Source of the DNA: Chrysomallon squamiferum
Lineage: Eukaryota; Animalia; Mollusca
Reading direction: 5' to 3'
Assembly: GCA_012295275.1 (NCBI GenBank)
Contig: CM022679.1
Location: 186,001-250,000 of the forward strand
Length of the DNA stretch: 64,000 bases
Shown: positions 1 to 34,001 of the stretch, one piece after another
How the letters are laid out: every line of letters begins with the position of its first letter
How positions within the stretch are numbered: position 1 is the stretch's first letter
Translations under genes and position numbers: made by a program
The notes under the pieces: model-generated
The model's database searches: none
What the model saw: only the letters and a program-made list of their open reading frames with translations
Told to the model about the DNA's origin: nothing

Positions 1-1467
1 TTCTGCCTTGCTCAACAATTTGTGAACCATTTCCAGTTCTTTTTTCACTTCAGCAGTCAATTCACTCTCTGTGAGAAAGAAAAAAAAAATAATAATAATA
101 AAAAAAATAGTAGTAATAAAGAATTTAAAAAATGAAAATAAAAACAGCTGTAAAATAATCTAAATTAAAAAGCACATTACAGAAGTATTTTTTTTTGTTG
201 AGATATCAACATAGAGAAATATTTTATGAGTACAAACAAATACCTAAAAATAGCTTCCCAAACGATTATGTTATTTATCACAACATAAATCTTTACTGAA
301 AATAGTGTATGACTAAACAAAACCTGTCTTTTGTGAAAATGTTCCTGATGCTTTTATACAACAAGTATCCAACTTGCTTCAGATTACTCACAACAATTCA
401 ATTTAAAAAAGATGAAAATTTGCCTTTCATGCATATTATTCAGGAAATATATATTGAGTTTCTTTGAATAATAAAATAAAAAGAACTGTCTGTTTATTAA
501 GTAAAGAAAAAATAAGTTAAAATATAACCAGCTGATTCTACAGGTGATGTGGATTCTTTCGGTGTTGTTTCAACATTTTCTCTCTTATTAATTTTTGGCC
601 TATAAGAGTTAAAAAAATATATACAAAACAAATTTATCAGAAAAATCATAACAAAGAAGTAACAATAAAAATAATTATCATCATAAAGTATATGTATATA
701 CATTTCATACATTTTTTGAATGATTTGTTGTGTTAAAGTTTTCAACAGCAATATAACTGCATACTTTAACAGTGTCTGTAGTTTTTATTATTTTTTTTTT
801 TATTTTGCTCTCAAGGCAAATAATATGTCAATATGGTTGATTTAATGAGATACAAGTCATTTTAAACAAACACACAAAAAACAATAGCAATACGATGAGT
901 ATTAAATCTAGTTGTGAGATAACACATCTATAAAAATATATTAAATTCATGTGTTTTAGATGAAACTTGAAAGTATCAGTTTTGTTACATCTGAATTACT
1001 CGTTATACCATGGCTTGAACAAGATATGATGTTCTCTGCAGATATATTCCAGCTGTTTCCTTTTGACTTCTATTTCTGCATTCAATTTCAGCAGCTGTTC
1101 TTCTAAACTAAAATGAAACATTATGACATATTTTTAATTTGTACTGAACGTGTTCAAATATATGAACGTATAGAAAAAGATGTAGTATATAATACTGGTT
1201 TGAAAAATGAAAAGAATATTAGTAAAACACAGTGGACATGAAATAGAAATTAAATATAGTAATATTGCAATAATTTCAAAATAAATATTATCTCCAGTGA
1301 TCACTCCTATGTTAAAAAATATTCATTATCAAAGATAGCTCTCTTTGAATCAAAGTTTGATGCTATACAAAATTACAAATTTAAAATTAAATTAGCACAT
1401 TTTATTTCTAAGTATTATTTATTTACTGTGGAAAATTATTATACTTCATTTACCATGTGATTTCCAT
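1..1467 (-). CDS. 5' part of a coiled-coil protein gene, TEDC2 (tubulin epsilon/delta complex 2)-like; runs off the window
   Basis: Phase-consistent GT-AG exons 1454-1467, 1009-1107, 529-599 and 1-68 give MEITCLEEQLLKLNAEIEVKRKQLEYICREHHILFKPWPKINKRENVETTPKESTSPVESAESELTAEVKKELEMVHKLLSKAE. The pattern (helix ending in W, low-complexity linker, KELE..L.KA) recalls the TEDC2 N-terminus. The exon model is better supported than the name. Confidence 0.55.
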
Positions 1468-1673
1468 AACAAACTGATATTTCTTTAAACAGCATATAAG
1501 CTTAGTTTCTTGTTTCTTTTAATACAGTTGTCCTTAGCACTTTGAAATCGGCAGAAACATGCAGAATGTTTCTCGGTGACAACATCCGATAAAAATCGGA
1601 CAGTTTCGTACAGGATCGGAACTAATCTATTCCACCTTCGGCTAACATACGGGTTACTTAGAGTACTTGCAAA
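1468..1673. promoter_or_regulatory. Compact bidirectional promoter (TEDC2-like / SAFB)
   Basis: About 206 bp between divergent ATGs; locally CpG-rich relative to the flanks; YY1-type AAAATGGCG overlaps the SAFB start; X-box-like GTTTCTCGGTGAC near 1568. Confidence 0.65.
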
Positions 1674-15033
<13,360 letters not shown>

Positions 15034-15848
15034 GAAGAGATGTCTGCACAGTGCTAGGTTGCTGAGAGTTGTGATGTACAGTGAAGTCAGGTGTTCAGTG
15101 ATGATTTCACTCTAAATTAAGTGACTGTTTACTGCTATCATGATTTAACACATTTGTTAAAATTCTGCTTTCTGAAGCAAAACATACTTTTATCTGTATT
15201 TTCATCTTAATTACTCTTTCCATTTTTATTTCTTTATGGTGGCAGTGAAATGTGTAAAGAAAGAACATTTTTCATTATACTTGGTGTTCATTAAACTGCT
15301 GCTACTGATAAACTTTCATGAGATCCCTTGTTCTGTAAACAAATTTTAAAATTTGATTTCTGATTTTGGCTTTGTGATCCTCTTTGTTATACAGATGTTG
15401 CTTGTCTATCCTATTGGAAATTACTGCAAATCTATAAAATAATGCAGAAAATTTACAGATTATCCTGATTCTTATTTGTTAAAAAATAAGTGTTAAATGT
15501 GAATGCCTGAATCCTGTATATTAAAATTGTAATTACTGGCATTGTTTTATGTTAAATGTAAAAATATTTTTTAGAATTTAGAATAAACTGTTATTTTGAA
15601 TAATTGTAGATGTTTTGTGTTTTCTTGAGTGGAGTTTCCTTGTTACATAACTGAAGTGCACAACAAATACTGAAATATTTGTTTTCTGTCAGGGAAATGT
15701 ATCTTAGATTTCTTTCAAAGTTTGGGATGAAATGTGGTAGATGGTGTCAGAATTAAATTCTATGTAGTGAAGTCACACCAGTTGACTAATTATTATATAT
15801 TCTTTTTTATCTTTCTGTTCTTTACCTTTATTAGCTGGTGGTTTTTTA

Positions 15849-15967
15849 ACTGAAATATGCATACATTTTGTGACACAAAAACTAGTTACAATTTCATTAG
15901 ATTATTTTCACTGAAATATGCATACATTTTGTGACACAAAAACTAGTTAGAATTTCATTAGATTATT
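15849..15967. repeat. ~61 bp direct tandem duplication between the SAFB and tektin 3' ends
   Basis: actgaaatatgcatacattttgtgacacaaaaactagtta(c/g)aatttcattagattatt occurs twice. Confidence 0.9.
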
Positions 15968-16698
15968 ATTACTATAGATTATTTTCACAACTGTTACTGT
16001 GTACTAAGAGTGATCTATAATTTTGTTATAACCTGGAACCTGGCTTTATAATCATTATTTTTGTATACAGTACTAGGGGTGTAATTTAATAAATCCACAA
16101 AAAAACATTTGATGTATAGATTTATTTTATTGTATACATACAAATAACACATGTGCAATATTTAGTAAATATTTTAATACTGATAATGTATCTTCTCAGT
16201 GAACATTTTGTTTATTTATTGTTTATTTTTCATGAAAATACAATATAACCAACTGTGATTAAGGCAAGTCCGCTAAAGATATTGTTAAAATTTGAAAAAA
16301 CATCACATTTGGTTTTTCTTTCTAAATAAAAGCCACTGAGATCAACTTGGTAATTAAAAATAGCATTCACATACAAAACTTTTCAGAAAAAAGGATGCTA
16401 AATGTCTTCAGATCACAACCGGATTTTTCACATTTTAATAGTCTTTTCATTTATTCATAATTTTTCCAAATTATATTCTTCTTTCCAAAAAATGTGATTT
16501 TAAAGTTTAAAAGAGATTTTGTAGGGTTAATTTTCATTTTTCAAATAATCTACAGCTGGTGATAAGTGAAAAACTTTTATTTCATTTCAACAGATCACAA
16601 AGCTGTAATGCAAACTTAGGACAAAAATAGCCAAGAAGGAAAAAATTTAAAAAAATAAACTTCATATATGAAGGCATTGTTTCCATGACAACAAGATA

Positions 16699-19819
<3,121 letters not shown>

Positions 19820-19898
19820 ATTTCGTATGTTATACTGCTTTAATTCAAAACTTCAGACTCAACCTACAGCACCAGCATTAATGTAATAACCGACATAG

Positions 19899-19911
19899 GT
19901 TGCCTGGCAAT
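19899..19911. promoter_or_regulatory. RFX X-box in the tektin promoter
   Basis: GTTGCCTGGCAAT, 80 bp upstream of the ATG of a motile-cilia gene; close to the palindromic GTTGCCATGGCAAC consensus. Confidence 0.65.
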
Positions 19912-20908
19912 CCTATGCAACCAAACGGAGTTTTGTTGTCATGTCGCTATGACTCTAAGATAGCGCCCCCAAGCGCCTAAAATAAACAAGGGAAATAATT
20001 CTAAAAAGAATTAAATACCCTCTTTGGTGGAAATGAAAAATGTCTAATTTATTCGAATACTACTAAATAAATTTGGAAAAAAAACAACCAAAAAAACAAC
20101 AACAAACAAAAAAATAAAAAAATATACTAAAATTATATTGGTTTTAAGAAAAAGAAAAAAAAAACAAATTAGAAGAAAATATAAAAATATTATCTTTCCG
20201 GTTAACAATCCGTAGAAGCTAGTAGAAGATATGCGTAATTTAATTATGAGTCAATTTTTGATTTAGCAATACAGAACGCTAAACCAAAACTGTCATTGTT
20301 AATATATCATTCATCTAAGTGACTTCTGTTAGATTTGTTTATTATTTTTATTATTATTTCTTTTTAAAAATGTTTTGTCTTGATGAAATGGTACCAGTAT
20401 AAAGAAAAATCATCAGAACTACTTATTGTTTGGAGAAACAAGTTGCAATGTATAAAAGAAAACTTCATACTAATTATTACGTTAACTGTTACGTGTTTTG
20501 TTTAATTACAGGTTGATTATAATAATAAAGATAAATAAACTGATAAACGGTAAAAAATAAAATGAGTAATGTACGCTATGTATACATTTGTAATCACTGC
20601 TAACATTTCATCATTAGTGAACATTAATTAGTTCCTTATTAATTAACACACTACCAAGGCAACGTGTGTATGCTGTTTCAGATTAGAAGCTCGTCAACAA
20701 AGATGCTACGAGCAAAGAGCTAATAATTTCAATTTTTCCGTTCGTCTCTTATTTTCTAAAGTCAGTTCATCATAGAAATAATGCAGTTTTTGATGTATGC
20801 ATTTGTCACTATATGGTCGACATTTCGGCTTAACGAGAGATTCAATGTTAAGACTTCTTTCATAATGTAAACTCTATTCTAATACTTCTTCGTGAATTGC
20901 AGGGCATG

Positions 20909-21122
20909 CAGTGGGTCCAGAGGTCTGGTGATGCCCGGGGCCAACTCCTTTATTGTATACCCCAAAGACTCTAGTACTGAGAAATATTATGAGAAAGGAA
21001 GATATTTTGAATATGTTAACACAAATGAAACATAAAATATAAATCAACCAAATTTATTATTATTTTATCTGATTGGATTCCCAGGGCCACAGCCCCTTTG
21101 GCCCCACCTCACCACGCCATTG
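20909..21122 (+). mobile_element. hAT-like MITE, degenerate copy
   Basis: Alignable by eye to 33088-33342; ends CAGTGG...CCATTG; flanks AGGGCATG / GGGGCTTG match at 6 of 8 positions (decayed 8-bp TSD). Confidence 0.8.
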
Positions 21123-21394
21123 GGGGCTTGCAAATAATTTATCTCAAGACATTTATACATTTATTAACAATCGTTTGCAGAATTATTTTAAGAACAGAAG
21201 AATTGACAAAATCGATCATTTTAGTTTATGAAATTAACAACTGTAAGTTTATTATATATCACTAAAAATGGCATGATGGTCATTGTTTTTGATTTTGTCA
21301 TGTTAAATATAATTATTCACACACACACAATGTAACTCGCTGGCTTTCTAGCTAACAACGATGTCTAAAATAAAAATAAAAACATAACACTTGT

Positions 21395-21741
21395 CTGGTT
21401 TAAAACAATACACTTTATTGATAAAGGGCCACCCTGTGTTAGGTAGCAGTGAGCACTGTATTAAACCAGGCTGACAAATGCTACCCAATCAAGTCTTATT
21501 GTTGACTTTATCAGGCAGTGCAACTTTGGTCACCAACTACAAGCTATAACAAACCAGGTATGGGCAGAGGAAGCATGTACAAATTGATCAAAACATTGGC
21601 TTACGTGAACATGATGACGTCATTAAAAATTTGATTTATAACTACATATACAAAATGAATATGGCCTGATCATGACGAAAAAACATAAAACAGAATTAAA
21701 TGCCACAAAACTACCAAAGCACTGTTCAATGTTTAAGCAAC

Positions 21742-21774
<33 letters not shown>

Positions 21775-24700
21775 CTGTAATAAAATTGTAAGATTATAGG
21801 ATCATTTTAAATATTGTATTTTTTTCTTTGCAAAACTTGAGTACATGCTGAACTAAAGTTTACATTTAATAATAAAAACAACCCAAAAATATAAATGCTT
21901 TACCATACACTAAAGAGAATATTAAAATTAATTTTTGCCAAATCACAGAATCTCATATTTTTAGTAGTTTAAAAATTATCAACTGAAATATATCAAAACA
22001 ATTTTCATTCATTTTAATGTTTAACAAACAAAGAGAAAGAATTAAAAAAAAAAAAAAAAATCTTAAAATTATCAGTTTAAAAATGCTGTCTGGAAAAGGC
22101 ACATTAGAAACAGAAGTATTCAGAGATTAATAAGTTGAGGTGTGTACAAATTATTTATGTTTAAGATACTGCCAAAATGCCTTTTTAAATAGTAAATTCA
22201 TCATTAAAAAACATAAAAATTATTTATTTTCAATTTGAACACTTATTTTTTGCTACTTATAAAAACACTGAATGGCAGCAGAGGGGTAGATTATTTAGTT
22301 ATGTAGTATTATGCTTACAACAGCTGAATAAAACATTATTTACAAGATCAGTGTTCAGACTTCTTTCATAATTTAAACTTTGTTTTAATACTTCCTCATG
22401 ATTGACTTTTTTTTTCTTTTCTTTTTTTTTTTTTTTTTTACATTCCTGTGTTTGCTAATAATAAAGTAATCAGCATTTTAAAATTGTAAGAAAGAGGCAA
22501 CTTTTGATGATTTTTTTTTTTTAGATGTAACACAAGAAATTATTTCACTTAGAAAAGTAACATGCCTGTTTATCAGCGTTTAATTTCTCTATGTTTTATA
22601 TTTAGTACATTCTTCAGTCAGTGCTCACAAATTATCTAGCATCATGAAACATTTTCAACACTAGAAGTAACAGATAGTTTATCTGATAAACCATGGGGGT
22701 AAATATACCGTATTTAATTTATCATCATTAATAAAACATATTTTGATGCCAATAACTGTCTTTATTTATGTTGATCAAGTTATTTTCTTGCAGTGAAATT
22801 GTCATTTTATTAGATTACTGCATTTGTTATCCTACTTTATTATTAGCAAACACTGTATACATTAAAAAAACAAAAACAATAATCACTGAAGAATACAAAA
22901 TGTATTTAGACTGTAACACCAAGTTTTAAATAACGTCACTGGGCACCATTTTTAGAAATGATATAAGTGAAAAAAAAAAAAAAAATAATAAAAAAAAAAT
23001 ATATATATGATTTTTTTTATTATAGTTTAAATATTTTGTAAATACATAACCAGAGATACAAAATTGTGTAGGCAGCCCAGCAAAGCAAAAATTTATATGT
23101 AACTCGAAGCAGTGTTCTGTGTACAATTATAGACACACATACACAGTAATAAACATTTGTACAGCAAACTGTAAATAACATCCTTTCAAGTCAATATTTC
23201 TTTTCAAAAGCACTGCTACAGTCATTAGGTATTTATTGTTATCAAAATACTCAAATTATGACACCACAAATTTGGGCATAATTTATTATTTAGAAAAAAA
23301 ATGATTTTACAACACAAAACATTGTACACATCCATTATCAAAACACAATAAAAAATATACTTATGTAAAATTACTAGATGCAGTTTGTAATATTGATAAA
23401 TTTTCAATTTTACATGGTTGTCACTATTTTTCCAGTAACTGAAATATATAAATTATAATAATATGAATGCCAATAATTATAACCTTTCACTTCTGTTTTG
23501 ACAGATAACACTCACTTGAAAGGCGCACACAAGATGAAGTTAATTATACACTGTTTACATGAACTGTTTTGTAGATTACACACTGATTACACAACTAACA
23601 TAGACAGCAGGAAGACTGAACACATACACACACATACACAAAATAATAATAAAAAGTAACATAAAAAACAAAACAATAAAAAAAAGAAGACGGTGGAAGT
23701 AGAATGAATATATGTGTTTTGAAAATAAGTGAACATTCATGACACTAAGTTAATGGTGATGTGAAGCAGGCCACACACTCACTGTCAGACTGAAAACAAC
23801 TGGAGACAAGTAACACACTGGGATTATGCAAAACTTTCAAATCATATAGCTAAATCTATTTAATAATAATAATAAAATTAAAAATATTTTGTCTTTTTGT
23901 TTTTTATTTTTAATTTAATAAGAAATTTAAAACTGCACAATTATTAAAACATATTTCTTTGTTCATTTTAGATGTGTTGAGACATGATTTGATTCTGCAA
24001 TCAATATTTCATTAACAATGTAAATGTCAGCAATATTTACATAAAAAATGGTCACTTGCTGCCTAAATTTTTATTGTAATTTTTATTTGTTAGTCAAGAA
24101 AAATAAAATGCTTCCATTTCTGCCATCTTTTCTTACTGATGTCACAGTTCTACATATTGCTTTTTATTTAAATGAATGATGGATGAACAGAGTTGATTGT
24201 AAATTTAATATACTGCAGAATAAGACATATTTATAATTGATGACTGACATATTTAAATTCCATTGGATGATTCAGAATTCAAAAAAGGAAAAAAGAAAAA
24301 GTGTGTGCCATCTGTTTCATATTTTAATTTCCAGTGTAAATTGGGTACAACAGTAATGAAAAAGAAATTTGATGACTAAAACAAACATGAGTGGGGGGTG
24401 TATGCTGCAGGCTGGATCGGTGAATATATGACCATTTTAAAGAGAGAGAGAGACGAAAAATGAGGTGCATGATTTGTAACGAACACATTCTTTTTACACA
24501 TGATAAAAGAGGCATTTACTAATTAGAACACGGAATTAAAACAAGTTCTGGATGATGAAAGATGTCACAGTCCAGAAAAAAGCTCAATACATTATTTATG
24601 CTTCAGAAATGACATTTACCACTGACAAGTGAAAACAATAAAAAAGTAACAAAAATCAAAAATAAATAATCCTTTGAAAAGTAACAGATGAGATTATGTC

Positions 24701-26080
24701 AAACATAAAATTTGAAAATCATAACAGGAGTACAGTAATGTTTACATGTAGCCAGTAAATAATCCAAGTCAAGATTTTATTTACAGTATTGAAAAATACA
24801 CATTCCTACTTCTTAGTACACAACAAATGATTCAAAAATTGTTACAATTATAAATGGTATATTTATAATAAAAAAATATAAAATAAATAAAATATAATAA
24901 TATAATAAAAAGAGAATTAATAACCCCTCAAAAATTCATATAGCTAATAAAATGAAACAGCTCATCATAAAAATGATTTCTTTTACAGCATATAATTAAA
25001 AAAAAATAAAAAATAAGAAAACAGTGATAAAAAAATAAATAATACTTATAAAATAAACAAATAGAGGGGGCAAGTGAAAAATAGAGACTGGTAAAAAAAA
25101 ATGTTTTCTTTGTGCATTTGTCAAAGTGAGTAAAAGGCAAATTTACAAAGTTGTTACTGGGTAACATACAGCTGTTTATTGCAGTAAAGTTTAAAATAAC
25201 TACACACATATCTACAACTTGGAAATCCACCCTCATCAAAATGGTGGAATGTCAGAGGACTAGAAACTGCCCAAAGTTAAATTTTCTTTATTTCATTTAC
25301 ACATTTCATTTATTATGTTTTTATTTCTGAAAACAAATTAACATACTGGCCTTTGTTTTTCACTGTGTGTAGACAAACACACTTCTTCACATGCAGTGAA
25401 GTTTACATCAGTAAATAACTAAGCTGGCATGTTTCAACTTCACTGCACTCTATCATGCAATTTATAAAATGATGAATACAAGTACATATTACTTCAGTTT
25501 CATTTCCCATTAACAACACAATCTAAAAAAAAAAAAAAAAAACATCCCCCAAAATCCTGTACTTGAAATAACCAGTGATGAAAATTTCAAACAATGAACA
25601 AGTTTAAAAATGTGATAATTTCAGCTGTACTGAACAACAACTCAACATAGTTTAACAAGTTTAAAAAATTCTTCACAGAAATCCTGCAAAAAACTGGTTT
25701 TACAGACAGATGAGTCAGTGAACTGGCTGTTCATGATAAATAATGAAACGTGTAAAACATGAGCACTAAAAAATTTTTACAAAATGTTTCTAAGTACTTC
25801 TAATTTTCTTTAACCCTTTCAGCACTGTCTAGATTTTTAAAAACATCCAAAATACACCTGTTCTCTAACGAACAAAAATCAGTGAAATGTTTAATATTTC
25901 CAGTTGTTGTATTGAAGGTTTCTCCAGTGTATATCTCTAACACTCAGTGATGTGAGTGACAGTGCTAAGAGGGTCAAAACCTCAGAGTTTTCTCCTGTCA
26001 ATCTCGTGATGTTACACTGTTAACTAACAAACATTGTTAAAACTCTCATTGTTGTTAAAACATCTCATTGCACTCATCTA
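21395..26080 (-). other. Probable long 3'UTR of FoxK
   Basis: No exon-like ORFs. Minus-strand AATAAA at ~21414-21419 is followed by GT/T-rich sequence; multiple TGTAAATA elements. The true end is inferred. Confidence 0.55.
25814..25973. mobile_element. piggyBac-like MITE (~160 bp) in the FoxK 3'UTR
   Basis: TTAA-CCCTTTCAGCACTGTC ... GACAGTGCTAAGAGGG-TCAA: imperfect TIRs with CCC/GGG termini and a TTAA-type target site. Confidence 0.6.
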
Positions 26081-32110
<6,030 letters not shown>

Positions 32111-32863
32111 TGAATATAATATTAAGACCTTTAATAATACATCAAGATGTTTGACTGGAAAAATAAATTCGTATATTTTGTATGTGTGTATGTATATTTG
32201 CTTTAACCAGAAGCTTGTTATGTAAAAAGCTACAAATTAAAATAAATAAATAAATAAAAACTTAATTGATATCTTGTTAATTTATTAACACTGAAATATC
32301 ACGTTTAGTTAATAAATTAGACCTACAGTTTTTATTTGTTTGTTTATTTTTACAACCTTTACTCATAATTGGAAAAAAGAACAACTATAGCGTTAATTTA
32401 AATGAATTGCTCACCTTTTCTTATTAAAACATATAATCATATTTTTAAATTTATACCCTGAAAGATATTTCCTCCCTGTGTTGATTATTAACATTTAATC
32501 TCGAAATAAATAATAGTAAACTAGAATATAGTACTTTCTTTTCGCCGGGCCTGTGTGCGTCATGTTTGACCTAGATTTAATGTGACCCACATTCAGGGAA
32601 TTATTTATAACCTGTTGTTGTTGTTTACTATTATTGCGGTGACATACTGCCGGAAAACAAGTTATATTCTTTTAATAGCAAAAACTGTAATGAAAGATAA
32701 TCTATGTAATGAATGTTATTATTAATAATTTTATGGTTATTGTTGAAAATACACCAAAAGGTTGTTCTCAGACATACATGCTCGGCCTCAGTCACACCAC
32801 ATCATAGCACATGCGCGTGCTCACACTATACTGTAGCATATTCATCTATCCATACATGTATCC

Positions 32864-32902
<39 letters not shown>

Positions 32903-33087
32903 TATGTTGTTGTTATTGTTTGTTTTTGCGTGTGCGTGTGGGTAGAGACATAGATGAAATTATTCATGATTCAATTATATTTTAGAACATTATTATAGGT
33001 CTAAAATATGGTGTTAACCATTTTCACCATAATATTCATTTACCATATTAAATTTAACCCACAAAAATTAATAAATAAATAAATAAT

Positions 33088-33342
33088 CAGTGGCGTGCAG
33101 AGGTCTGGTGATGCCCGGGGGCAACTCCTTTATTGTATGTCCCAAAGACTAAAGTATAAGGCTTAGCACTGAGATATATTATAAGAAAGGAAGATATTTT
33201 GAATATGTAAACATAAAATAAACACTTTATTTGATTTAAATATAAATCAACCAAATTTATTAAGTTTTTTTCTCTGATTGGATGCACCCCATTTGGATGC
33301 CTTGGGCCACCGCCCCTTCGGCCCCACCTCTGCACGCCACTA
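33088..33342 (+). mobile_element. hAT-like MITE, best-preserved copy
   Basis: Perfect 16-bp inverted repeats AGTGGCGTGCAGAGGT / ACCTCTGCACGCCACT; 8-bp flanking direct repeat TAAATAAT; no coding capacity; two further copies in the window. Confidence 0.85.
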
Positions 33343-33399
33343 TAAATAATATATATATCTGTATGTGTGTGTGTTTGTTAGTAAAAAAAAAAATAAAAA

Positions 33400-33421
33400 A
33401 AAAATAATAATAATAATAAAA

Positions 33422-33510
<89 letters not shown>

Positions 33511-33607
33511 TAGAATTTGTCTTTCCTGAGTAGTTTGGTGGGAGTATATACACTACAAGGTATTGTTACTACATATTATTAGTTTATTACCATAATATAT
33601 TTATCTG

Positions 33608-33657
<50 letters not shown>
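33400..33657. repeat. (AAT)n/(AAAT)n and (TG)n microsatellites
   Basis: Arrays at ~33400-33510 and ~33609-33657. Confidence 0.9.
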
Positions 33658-33660
<3 letters not shown>

Positions 33661-33899
33661 CCGGCATATAATTGTTTTTTCATTTAGAATGTCTTTTTAA
33701 AAATGTTTGGAATTAGTTGGTTTATTATATAAAACAGAATGCAATATTCCTAACTGAAAGGCTGCTTTTATTTGCGTAATAACAGTAGAAGATTAGGTTA
33801 AATTTTGTTTTCACAGTTCAGTTATCTCCCCATTAACTGAGGATATTTTTTTTTTTTTCTGTTGACTTGGCGGCGCTGTTTTTGATAGGCATCCATATT

Positions 33900-33914
33900 G
33901 TTGTCAAGGGCAAC
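33900..33914. promoter_or_regulatory. RFX X-box in the CFAP52 promoter
   Basis: GTTGTCAAGGGCAAC about 90 bp upstream of the ATG at 34002; a weaker site GTTGACTTGGCGGC at 33861. Confidence 0.6.
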
Positions 33915-34001
33915 AACAGCAAATGTTAGACGCAGCTTGTTGTGGAAATCATTGAATGAACAGTTAACAAACTTCGGTATTTCGCGTTTCAATCAGGAAG
34001 G

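Noticed and set aside
22926-25239. Short minus-strand ORFs in the FoxK downstream region
   Set aside because: AT-rich Phe/Ile/Tyr-biased chance ORFs with no splice or domain signals.
32713-33553. Poly-Leu/Tyr ORFs (also 57750-58112 and 52231-52482)
   Set aside because: Products of (TTA)n, (TAT)n or poly-A microsatellites.
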